Shown piece after piece: positions 5,401 through 13,423 of a stretch of DNA of 64,000 bases. Position 1 is the stretch's first letter. Each line of letters starts with the position of its first letter. The position numbers and the translations under genes are program-made. The notes beneath the pieces are model-generated. The model searched no databases. It saw only the letters and a program-made list of their open reading frames with translations, and had not been told where the DNA came from. Source of the DNA: a virus; IMG/VR virus record IMGVR_UViG_3300044638_007100. The stretch is one strand, 5' to 3'.

Positions 5401-6042
5401 TCAAACTTCTGCTAGGATCAGTCGGTTGGCATAATTATAAGCAAAATCAGTTCTTGCTCCGTGATGACCCCAACGGATCCACTTTCTAGCAAGTCTCATA
5501 TAATCATTAATAGACTTACCAGGAGTTTTCATTTGATTCTCAATCATCTTCCAATCACCTTCGTGCAGCATATAGTCAAGTTGTGCATCCAGTGAGGAAG
5601 GATTAGCACCAATACGAGCAGCATGTCTTCCTAGTCCATAAAAACGAGGAGCATTAGTCCATTGAATAATGCCATACCCCCCACCACAGTTAGGATAGGA
5701 AGTTCTAGCACCACCTTCACAGATATTAGGAGTGAAGGTAGATTCTTGTCGGATATTGCCCATAATGGTTGCTAGGGCGTTTTTGTCACTGATTCCTCGT
5801 TTCTGTAAGAATTCCAGAGTACGGGACTCATTGGTATTACATCCTTTACAAACTAATCGTTTTACTTTAGGTTTCTCGGGAACAACCTCTTTGGTCTCTG
5901 TCTCTTGAGTAGGCGCTTCAGGAATAATCGCAAATGGCGGTTTTACTGAAGATGTTGCCATACTCGGTGCTGGCAGTGTTGCCGCTGATGTTGCAACCGC
6001 ACCTAAAAGAGCTACGGTTACATTTGTTAGGTTTTTAAGCAT
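5401..6042 (-). CDS. Cell-wall hydrolase (phage tail lysozyme-like domain) with signal-like N-terminus, 213 aa
   Basis: ALATIMGNIRQES...GYGIIQWT motif; start moved to MLKNLTN. Confidence 0.7.
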   Translation of the reverse strand: MLKNLTNVTVALLGAVATSAATLPAPSMATSSVKPPFAIIPEAPTQETETKEVVPEKPKVKRLVCKGCNTNESRTLEFLQKRGISDKNALATIMGNIRQESTFTPNICEGGARTSYPNCGGGYGIIQWTNAPRFYGLGRHAARIGANPSSLDAQLDYMLHEGDWKMIENQMKTPGKSINDYMRLARKWIRWGHHGARTDFAYNYANRLILAEV

Positions 6043-6049
6043 TAATTTT

Positions 6050-6125
6050 AATTGAATTCGGCATCCGTTTAGAAAGGGGGTACACCCAACCTCTCGGAGG
6101 GCACTTTCCACGGCTCTAAGTGTCA
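6050..6125 (-). promoter_or_regulatory. Structured 5' leader of the hydrolase gene
   Basis: Nested CCGT/ACGG, GAAAG/CTTTC, CCTC/GAGG and GGGT/ACCC pairings. Confidence 0.4.
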
Positions 6126-6172
6126 CATCAATGACTCATAGTAAAAAACCCACCATTTGAGTGGGTCTACGC

Positions 6173-6201
6173 ATTATAAGTGATTATTTAGGATCTGTCA
6201 A
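6173..6201 (-). promoter_or_regulatory. Consensus sigma70 promoter
   Basis: TTGACA-17-TATAAT; the -35 overlaps the upstream TGA stop. Confidence 0.8.
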
Positions 6202-6389
6202 GCCTCTGGATCTTCGGTCTCCTCTACCTCCTCGGCAGGGTCAGGTTCGGGAAGAGTTACGCCAATTTGAGTAAGATACTCAATTGCTCCCTGAACTTTA
6301 AGTAGAAGTTCTCTTTTCTCAGTCGTTTCCTGAGAAAGAGACTGCCTTTGTTGAAGTAAATTAATGAGATGTTCTTGTTGTTCAGTCAT
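6198..6389 (-). CDS. Hypothetical coiled-coil protein
   Basis: 63-aa ORF preceded by TATAAATA (6412-6419) and TTGACA-16-TATAAT (6436-6463). Confidence 0.7.
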   Translation of the reverse strand: MTEQQEHLINLLQQRQSLSQETTEKRELLLKVQGAIEYLTQIGVTLPEPDPAEEVEETEDPEA

Positions 6390-6456
6390 AATTTTAAATA
6401 AAAATTCGTTTTATTTATAATGGGTCAATAAATACATTATACTACAAAATCGAAAA

Positions 6457-6570
6457 ATGTCAAAGTCACCAAATAAGGGTAAAAAAGGTTCTGCTGGTGG
6501 CAAGCAATCCAAACAAAATCAGGGTAATGCGACTGCCAAAAAAGCAAAGAACGGAGGTAAGAAAAAGTGA
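6457..6570 (+). CDS. Small Lys/Gly-rich basic protein, 37 aa
   Basis: MSKSPNKGKKGSAGGKQSKQNQGNATAKKAKNGGKKK; AATAAATA late-like box upstream; not in the ORF track. Confidence 0.6.
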   Translation: MSKSPNKGKKGSAGGKQSKQNQGNATAKKAKNGGKKK

Positions 6571-6576
6571 GGTATT

Positions 6577-6768
6577 ATGCCAAGAGAATGGAATACTCCT
6601 AATAGAGAACCTTGGAATACGCCAATACACAACATCCTGAAGGCAATTGATAATCATACTCAAGAGTATTTCAAAAGTGGTGATACTTGGCATCTAGAGA
6701 AAGCAGATATATTAAGAACTTATATTCACGAACTTAAAACTTGGATTCATAATCAAGAAAAAAAATGA
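6577..6768 (+). CDS. Hypothetical protein
   Basis: 63 aa; GAGG RBS; no credible minus-strand gene here. Confidence 0.7.
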   Translation: MPREWNTPNREPWNTPIHNILKAIDNHTQEYFKSGDTWHLEKADILRTYIHELKTWIHNQEKK

Positions 6769-6805
6769 AAGAATGTTAAATGAGGGTATTGCATATCCTT
6801 ACGTC

Positions 6806-7279
6806 TTATAATTTTCTCCAAAGTTTTCCTTCAGCAATTCTTCTTCTCAATAATCCTGCTTCTACATCACTTCCAGGATTTTTGTAAAGTTCAAGAGCAG
6901 CAGGAACTTTACCCCATTCTTTATTCTTAAGAACTCTAGTTATGGTCACATATCCTCGACTACCATAAAAATTAGCACCAAGGTTATAAGCAAAAGACAA
7001 TAAAGCACCGCGCTGATAATCATTCATCTCACTCCAATAAGGTATTTGTTTCAGTGCTGAAAGAAATTCATTTTGTATCTGCCAATCAAACAATTCATCT
7101 GCTTCTTTCTGAGTAATCTTTTCTCCTAACTTAAAAGGACTTCCATCCTTCTTACGAGTGCTTCCCCATCCTATAGTATAAGGTTTTCCTTTAGTATAAG
7201 GATCTGGATATGCTACTAATTTACATTTTTCAAATTCTTTAATGAGTTCTATTCCTTCTTTCAGAATAGAACTTTCTAC
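6806..7279 (-). CDS. GH24 lysozyme domain with no start codon, proposed -1 frameshift extension of the peptidase
   Basis: Open frame from 7288 reads VESSILKEGIELIKEFEKCKLVAYPDPYTKGKPYTIGWGST...GLLRRRIAEGKLW. The E-D-T catalytic region lies upstream of the first possible start (TTG at 7093). Confidence 0.8.
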   Translation of the reverse strand, partial: VESSILKEGIELIKEFEKCKLVAYPDPYTKGKPYTIGWGSTRKKDGSPFKLGEKITQKEADELFDWQIQNEFLSALKQIPYWSEMNDYQRGALLSFAYNLGANFYGSRGYVTITRVLKNKEWGKVPAALELYKNPGSDVEAGLLRRRIAEGKLWRKL

Positions 7280-7285
7280 TTTTTT
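7245..7285 (-). other. -1 programmed ribosomal frameshift signal
   Basis: In-phase A-AAA-AAG (7285-7279), 5-nt spacer, perfect 10-bp hairpin AGTTCTATTC/GAATAGAACT with 9-nt loop. Confidence 0.75.
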
Positions 7286-7971
7286 ACATCAAAGATTCTT
7301 CCCCATCCAGTCCTATCTTTTCCTTTCTCTAACCAACGATACATCAGATCAGACTTTTTGTAAACAGCACCTTTGCCATTTGTTGCAGGACCAGTATATC
7401 CATCATTCAGAGAACCATAAGGATCATTTACCACATAATCTTCACCCTTCTTACCGATGACTACAACCATGTGCCCACCAGAAGGAGCAGATAGAGTACC
7501 CCTGTGATAGATCCCGATAACAACAGGTCTCCCAGCAGCAAGCTCACGATCAAGATCAGCAAAAGAAAGATTATAACTAAAGTGTGACTTAACTCCATAA
7601 CCTTCCAGAACTTTTGTCTGAACGGTATGATCAGTTGTGTCACCAATTGCAAATACTTTCTGAATATAAGAATCATCACCCTTTGCTCCCTTAAGAGTCC
7701 CTGGTTTAAAGTATTCCAGACACATCGCACAAGAAGATGAATTACAGGTTCTTTGAGCATCTCTGTAATTATCTGTTTGTGGATAATAAGGAACTGCGAG
7801 AACACCAGGAACTGCTGGTTTTGTTCTGAAAATACGAACCCAGTTTGAAGTATCATCAATCAAATCTGGATTCTTATCTGCAAGATCCACTTCAAGTTGC
7901 TCTACTGCAGCAACGTGTTTTGGATTATTAGGATCGAAATGTTGAAAAAAGTTATGAAGATCAATTTTCAT
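7276..7971 (-). CDS. C39-like cysteine peptidase (endolysin-associated), 231 aa
   Basis: VPYYPQ...TCNSSSCAM, GHMVVVIG and VNDPYG motifs. Confidence 0.8.
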   Translation of the reverse strand: MKIDLHNFFQHFDPNNPKHVAAVEQLEVDLADKNPDLIDDTSNWVRIFRTKPAVPGVLAVPYYPQTDNYRDAQRTCNSSSCAMCLEYFKPGTLKGAKGDDSYIQKVFAIGDTTDHTVQTKVLEGYGVKSHFSYNLSFADLDRELAAGRPVVIGIYHRGTLSAPSGGHMVVVIGKKGEDYVVNDPYGSLNDGYTGPATNGKGAVYKKSDLMYRWLEKGKDRTGWGRIFDVKK

Positions 7972-8004
7972 AATTATTATCCCAAGATATTTTACTTGAA
8001 ATAT

Positions 8005-8199
8005 TTAGTATTTCTCACCAATATATTCAAGAGAAAAAATATCATGCTCCTCAATTTTAGGATCTAACCATTCATTAAATTCTTGTTGAATTGAATAAGC
8101 ATTATGATATTCATGCTCCTCATGAATATCACAAAGAACATGAATACGTTCTATTGCCCAATCATGATTAATACGAAGAGTTTCAATTAAAGTTTCCAT
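8005..8199 (-). CDS. Hypothetical protein
   Basis: 64-aa ORF overlapping the upstream gene end. Confidence 0.6.
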   Translation of the reverse strand: METLIETLRINHDWAIERIHVLCDIHEEHEYHNAYSIQQEFNEWLDPKIEEHDIFSLEYIGEKY

Positions 8200-8611
8200 A
8201 GTCTTTTTTTAGATACCTGCCTAGGATATTGCTATTGTAGTATGCTGGACTACCATCGTCAAGTGCTTCCTTCAACACATTATTTAAAAAGAGTTGCTTT
8301 GTTTCTTCATAATTACAATCACCTCTTGTCTTATGAAGACTTATAATTTCTCTAGTAAAAAATTCTTTACCATATTTTTTAATATCTTCTTTAAGTTCTG
8401 GGCAAGAACCATAATACTTTTTCCAATCAGATTCTTGTTTAACTTTTCTTTTTTTTCCTGGAGGAGTTCTAAAAGACCAAAAATATTTCCTACCCCAATA
8501 CTTTCTTTGAGTCTTAGAACAAATTATTAAATATACAAATCCAAAATAGTCTTGAATATCTTCAGTTTCAAAAACTTTTCCTTTGAATCTCCAAGGATTC
8601 TCATAGCTCAT
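8183..8611 (-). CDS. GIY-YIG (Seg-like) endonuclease family protein
   Basis: GFVYLI...RKYWGRK...YYGS...E...YNSNI motifs. Confidence 0.75.
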   Translation of the reverse strand: MSYENPWRFKGKVFETEDIQDYFGFVYLIICSKTQRKYWGRKYFWSFRTPPGKKRKVKQESDWKKYYGSCPELKEDIKKYGKEFFTREIISLHKTRGDCNYEETKQLFLNNVLKEALDDGSPAYYNSNILGRYLKKDYGNFN

Positions 8612-8659
8612 ACTTAAGTCTCAGAGAGCTATTATTTATCCTTCATCCTTAGCAAAGCG

Positions 8660-8689
8660 ATTCTAGCAATAAAAAGGGGGTCTTGTCAA
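8660..8689 (-). promoter_or_regulatory. sigma70 promoter inside a terminator hairpin
   Basis: TTGACA-18-TAGAAT; hairpin GGGGG-TTGACAAGA-CCCCC-TTTTT. Confidence 0.6.
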
Positions 8690-8716
8690 CCCCCTGAGAA
8701 TTATGTTATAATAGGA

Positions 8717-9694
8717 TCAATGCTTTCTTGATTCACTTACATAATACTCAATGATGTCATCCCAAGTGTACTCAGAAAGATCATATCCTTCTTCTAAAAG
8801 ATCATCTACCCATTCTGAAACTTCTTCAGCAAAAATATAATTTTGATATTCTTCAATAATTAAACCAACAGCAGATTTATCCATTTCTAACATGATATAA
8901 TGTGCTTCTTCGAGACTATCTGCATGACCACGACCAATCAAGTAATCTAAAAGAATATCATAAGGTTCATAATCATATGATTGTTTTAAAGTTGAGTTTT
9001 TTTGCATAGTTGTTGAAGTAGCAGTTGGTTTTGTTGTTGATGGTGTTGCTGCTTTAAATGCATTTGGATTTTGAGTTAGTGATTGATTGCCTAATTTCAA
9101 TTTTGCAACATCAGGCGATTGAACTGAAGGTGAATTCATAGGAAGTCTAGACTTCATATCTTTCATTAAAGGATTATCAGTTTGTTGAGTTCCACGAATT
9201 CTTGCTCGTTCAGCAGCAGCACTAGCAAGTTTTTGATTTGCCAATTCCCATGTTGATTTACCAGTTTCTTCTGCACCTTTAATATTACCAGTCTTTATTT
9301 GTTGCTTATACAATCCCATTCCACCTTTAATCTTATCTGCAGTTGATGCAGATGCTGATGAGGTTGATTTTGGTTTTGCTGCTTCTGGTTTTGGAGGTCT
9401 TGGTGTGGGTACTGCTGATGGAGTTGGTTTTTCTGCTTCTGGTTTTGAAGGTGTTGTTGGAGGCGTTGCTTCTGGTTTTGGAGAATCTTTCTTTGTAGCA
9501 TCTATGGTTGCTTTAGATTGCCAACCATAATCCTTTCCAGTCCAAACTTTTGTTCCTATACCGGGAAGAGTTCTAGTTTCTCCAGGTTTAGATCCTGGTT
9601 TTTCACCTTTCCAAACAGTCTGTGGATTTTGCCATCCATAATTACCACCAATCCAGACTTTTCCCCCAGGGCCTATTTCTCCAAGTTTTGGCAT
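8717..9694 (-). CDS. Low-complexity protein with conserved acidic modules (putative internal head protein)
   Basis: Two KVWxGxxYGWQ repeats; P/K/T-rich middle; YDILLDYL...EGYDLSEYTWDD modules; TATAAATA at 9725-9732. Confidence 0.8.
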   Translation of the reverse strand: MPKLGEIGPGGKVWIGGNYGWQNPQTVWKGEKPGSKPGETRTLPGIGTKVWTGKDYGWQSKATIDATKKDSPKPEATPPTTPSKPEAEKPTPSAVPTPRPPKPEAAKPKSTSSASASTADKIKGGMGLYKQQIKTGNIKGAEETGKSTWELANQKLASAAAERARIRGTQQTDNPLMKDMKSRLPMNSPSVQSPDVAKLKLGNQSLTQNPNAFKAATPSTTKPTATSTTMQKNSTLKQSYDYEPYDILLDYLIGRGHADSLEEAHYIMLEMDKSAVGLIIEEYQNYIFAEEVSEWVDDLLEEGYDLSEYTWDDIIEYYVSESRKH

Positions 9695-9732
9695 TTTTAT
9701 TTTTAATATTACTATCTGTAAAAATATTTATA

Positions 9733-9758
9733 AAAAAAAGAGGGTCAAAAGACTCTCT
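9733..9758 (-). terminator. Intrinsic terminator fused to a late promoter
   Basis: AGAGAGTC/GACCCTCT + T run running into TATAAATA. Confidence 0.65.
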
Positions 9759-9782
9759 AGTGTATTATTTTGAAAAGTGGTC

Positions 9783-10619
9783 TCACCTTTCACCACGCAT
9801 ATGTCTTTCAGATTCTCTTGCTTTTTGAAGTGCCTGACTAGTATTTTGTTTTCCTGGAATATAAGTATGGGCAGATCCAGATTTTCTTTCATTCTCTTTA
9901 TTAAACTTTTTCTGAAGATATTTTGCTCTTCTAGTTTCTTCAATAATACTCTCTCTCCACTCATCATTCATATTTACCATCATGGCAAGTGCTTCTTCCT
10001 CAGTTTCAGCATATCCTTCATCAAGAAGATAACCTTTAATAACATCAAAAATATCAAAATCTTGATTTAATCCATAAGGATTTCTTTCTTGTGATGGTTT
10101 AGATGGTTGGGGTTTTGCTGTTTGTGGTTTTCTTGGACTTGGAATACTACCTGCCGCCTCTCTACCTTGTTGTAAAGCATGACCAGCCCATTCTCTACCT
10201 TTACCCCCAAGAAGAGCCTGATCAGCTGCTGCTGCTAATCCCACCCATGGTAAAACATTACCAGTTTTTGCAAGTATTTCCTTGGTTGTCTGTTTTGCTC
10301 CAGGAATAAATTTAGGTCCTTCTTTAGTTTGTTTAACTGATCCTTGCCAAGCAGTTTTTATAGCACCTTTTCCAGATTCCAGTGCTTTACCAGCAACTGT
10401 TTTTAATACACTTCCTAAACCACCTTCACTAAGATACTCTTCATAGAGTTCATCATAAGTATACTCACTTAAATCATATCCTTCTTCAACTAATTCATCA
10501 ATTACTTGTAGAAATTCTTGAATATTTTCTTGCTCTTGTAAATCACCAGTACAATTATTATAGATAGAAACATAAGATTCTATTAAAGATCTACAGTTTC
10601 CGGCAGTTAATCTTTCCAT
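9783..10619 (-). CDS. Paralogous putative internal head protein
   Basis: EEGYDLSEYTYDELYEEYLSE and FDVIKGYLLDEGYAETEEEALAMMVNMNDEWRESI modules. Confidence 0.8.
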   Translation of the reverse strand: MERLTAGNCRSLIESYVSIYNNCTGDLQEQENIQEFLQVIDELVEEGYDLSEYTYDELYEEYLSEGGLGSVLKTVAGKALESGKGAIKTAWQGSVKQTKEGPKFIPGAKQTTKEILAKTGNVLPWVGLAAAADQALLGGKGREWAGHALQQGREAAGSIPSPRKPQTAKPQPSKPSQERNPYGLNQDFDIFDVIKGYLLDEGYAETEEEALAMMVNMNDEWRESIIEETRRAKYLQKKFNKENERKSGSAHTYIPGKQNTSQALQKARESERHMRGER

Positions 10620-10650
10620 TAGAAATAATACCTTTACTATTATTTATTTA

Positions 10651-12039
10651 TTAAACTGGTCTTGCCATCGTTGAAGAAGATGGTTTAATACCAGTTCCCA
10701 CTTTTTTAGGTCCTACAAGTTTTGGACCTACAATCTTAGGTCCAACCTTTGCCTGACCAACACCACGACCAGGAAGTTTCTGTGCAGTTGCTGCTTGTGG
10801 ATTAATTCCAAGTTGTCTCTGATATTGTTGAGTTCCTCTAAGAGCAGTTCTATATTCTTGTTTTGCTGCCTGGGATTCTGCTGCTTTAGAATATCTACCA
10901 ATATTCAACGCTCTTCCAACTCTTGCTCCAAGACTTGTATCTCTAGATTGAATTGAAGGTCTTGCAAGATAAACTGCCCTTCCTCCTTTATATGCCAAAT
11001 CCCCAACAACTTGTCTACCAGTTTTTGGATCACGAACTAATTGAGTGGAGGAAAGTTTTGCAGTTTTTCCACCAGAAGTAAGAGTTCCTGCTTGTCTATT
11101 AACCGTTGTAGGTCCTCCTACACCTGTAAGAGCGGATCCTTGTCTTGTACCATAGGCACCAGATTGTGATGCAACTTGTCTTGCTCCTCTGGTATCAACT
11201 GTTTGTTGTGCTTTTTGTAGTCCAGATCCTCGATTGATTAATCCACTTCTCTGCTGAAACTTATCAAATCCAATTGATCTTGATACTGCTTGTCTTGCTG
11301 GGCGTGTTTTATTTGCTGCCCAGTCATATGCTTTTCCTGATGTTTCTGCTCCCACCAATCCTGCAGTGATTGCAGCGGCACCTTTAACAATTGGTGGTCC
11401 CGGAACCATGGCACCAAATTTTGCTGCAGCAGCATATCCTGCTAGTTGTGAAGCAGCACCACCTGCTGCTCTTGCTCTAGATTGTCCAGTATCTCTTCTA
11501 TCTTTATAATCTAGTGCAGCACCAGCAACGTTTGCTGCAGGTCCGACAGCATTACCTAAACGTGAACGAAGTCCTGGACCATTTGTTGCTGCTGTGGGGG
11601 GTTTTGCTGTAGGTGCTGGAACGTTACTGGTGGGTGGTTTTGGTGGTGGTGGAGTAGATGCCTTAGGTTGCTTAGGAGGTGCCTGAGTGGTCTTAGGTTC
11701 CGCTTTAGGTGATGGTGGAGTAGATGCCTTAGGTTGTTGTTTAGGAGGAGTTTGAGAGGTTCCAGAAGGTTGTTTAGGCGGTTTTTGTGTGGTTCCAGTT
11801 CCTCGTACATCTTGCCCAGAAACCTTAGTATTTTTAACTTCAAATCCAGATGGAGGTTTACCAGTCTTCATATATCCTTTCATAAATTCTTTGGCAGCAG
11901 CAGTTGTTTTTTCACTACTATTCCTTTCGTAAAATCTTCCACCTTTAGTAAATTCTTTTGGATTTGCATTCATCCAATCTTGCCATGCTTTTTGCGCTTT
12001 TACAGCATCTTCATTCAAAAACTCGCTAAAAGTCTTCAT
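10651..12039 (-). CDS. Basic low-complexity protein with capsid-targeting-like N-terminus
   Basis: Starts MKTFSEFLNE (cf. T4 IP MKTYQEFIAE); TATAAATA at 12060-12067. Confidence 0.8.
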   Translation of the reverse strand: MKTFSEFLNEDAVKAQKAWQDWMNANPKEFTKGGRFYERNSSEKTTAAAKEFMKGYMKTGKPPSGFEVKNTKVSGQDVRGTGTTQKPPKQPSGTSQTPPKQQPKASTPPSPKAEPKTTQAPPKQPKASTPPPPKPPTSNVPAPTAKPPTAATNGPGLRSRLGNAVGPAANVAGAALDYKDRRDTGQSRARAAGGAASQLAGYAAAAKFGAMVPGPPIVKGAAAITAGLVGAETSGKAYDWAANKTRPARQAVSRSIGFDKFQQRSGLINRGSGLQKAQQTVDTRGARQVASQSGAYGTRQGSALTGVGGPTTVNRQAGTLTSGGKTAKLSSTQLVRDPKTGRQVVGDLAYKGGRAVYLARPSIQSRDTSLGARVGRALNIGRYSKAAESQAAKQEYRTALRGTQQYQRQLGINPQAATAQKLPGRGVGQAKVGPKIVGPKLVGPKKVGTGIKPSSSTMARPV

Positions 12040-12080
12040 TTATTTCTTACTTTTTTAGATATTTATAAAAAAAGAGGATC

Positions 12081-12233
12081 TCAACGACCCTCATTATTCA
12101 TCCATTCTTTTTCATAATCATAATCGCCAAACAGAAACTCATCACTTTCTGCTGCCTCTTGGTATGCGTTCAGGATTTCCTGTTCGCACCATTCATCATA
12201 GTTGGAATCCTGAGAAAGTATCTTTGGTAACAT
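12081..12233 (-). CDS. Small acidic hypothetical protein overlapping the nrdB end, 50 aa
   Basis: ATG at 12233 (MLPKILSQDSNYDEWCEQE...) with GGAGG upstream. Confidence 0.55.
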   Translation of the reverse strand: MLPKILSQDSNYDEWCEQEILNAYQEAAESDEFLFGDYDYEKEWMNNEGR

Positions 12234-13377
12234 CTTGCTTGATTCCTCCAACAATGTACGATTCAACTTCGGTTTCTTGTGGCGCCACTTGAAGACCCTT
12301 AGAACTAATCCAATGTTCAGTCCAAGGAAGGGGATTATTCTTTGCCGGAATATCATAAAGAGGTTTCAGTCCGATTGCCTTCATTCTACGGTTAGCAATC
12401 CATTCAACATACTGCTGTAACAGTTTGTCATTTAGACCAATCATAGAACCATCTTTGAACAGATACTCTGCCCAAAGTTTTTCTTGATTGACAGCATTCT
12501 CAAAGGTCTTGTAGACCCACTGTTCTTCTTCTCTTGAAATACGTGCCATATCAGGATCATCACCCTCTTTCCATTTGTTTAGAATGTTCTGAGTAATGAC
12601 AAGGTGTTGATTCTCATCACGGGCAATTAGACCTATGATTTTTGCACTTCCTTCCATAAGCTTGAGTTCGCCAAATGCAAAACTGCAAGCAAAACTGACA
12701 TAAAAGCGAATACCTTCAAGTATATTAACATTTGCAACTGCTCTGAATAATTTGCGTTTGAGTTCATATCTTTCTTCTTGTGCGTAGGGAACTTGTTCTT
12801 GGGCATGTTTCCAAAGTTCAGAAGTTCCATAATGTTGAGCACTATTAATGAAGTCATTATATGCCTCAGTTACACTGACAGCACGTTCCATAATACGTTC
12901 GTCTTTCAGAATCGTATCAAAGACTTCAGAAGGATCTGAATAAACATTTTTGATAATATATGTATATGAACGGGAATGGATCATCTCCATAAACTCCCAC
13001 ACCTTCATACATGCTTCCAGTTCAGGAAGAGAACAGTAAGGAGCAAATGCCATACCAGGACCTCTTCCCTGAACAGAATCAAGCATAACCTGATACTTCA
13101 GATTACTGGTGAAAATATGCTTTTGTTCTGGGCGAAGAGATTGATAATCTCCTCTATCCTTTTGAAGAGAAACCTCTTCAGGTCTCCAAAAATATCCTAG
13201 TTGTTGAGTTGTTAATTTATCGAAGATTGGATATTTGTAAGAATCGTATCTTTGAATTCCTAGTGGTTGTCCAAAAAACATAGGAGATTTTTTTGTATCA
13301 ACTTCTTCAGAATTGAAAACTGTCATTTGATTGACCACATTCTTCTCCGCTAGTTTTGTCTTAAAGTTAAAATCCAT
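12196..13377 (-). CDS. nrdB: Ribonucleotide reductase class Ia beta subunit
   Basis: FWRPEEV, EMIHSRSY, DENQH and VAPQETEVESY motifs. Confidence 0.97.
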   Translation of the reverse strand: MDFNFKTKLAEKNVVNQMTVFNSEEVDTKKSPMFFGQPLGIQRYDSYKYPIFDKLTTQQLGYFWRPEEVSLQKDRGDYQSLRPEQKHIFTSNLKYQVMLDSVQGRGPGMAFAPYCSLPELEACMKVWEFMEMIHSRSYTYIIKNVYSDPSEVFDTILKDERIMERAVSVTEAYNDFINSAQHYGTSELWKHAQEQVPYAQEERYELKRKLFRAVANVNILEGIRFYVSFACSFAFGELKLMEGSAKIIGLIARDENQHLVITQNILNKWKEGDDPDMARISREEEQWVYKTFENAVNQEKLWAEYLFKDGSMIGLNDKLLQQYVEWIANRRMKAIGLKPLYDIPAKNNPLPWTEHWISSKGLQVAPQETEVESYIVGGIKQDVTKDTFSGFQL

Positions 13378-13423
13378 AATTTTTTCTTCTCTAAATTAAC
13401 TCACACTTTTATATTTAATCAGG

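Noticed and set aside
6806-7093. Lysozyme starting at TTG 7093, as in the ORF track
   Set aside because: It would lack the catalytic Glu/Asp/Thr region encoded upstream in the same open frame
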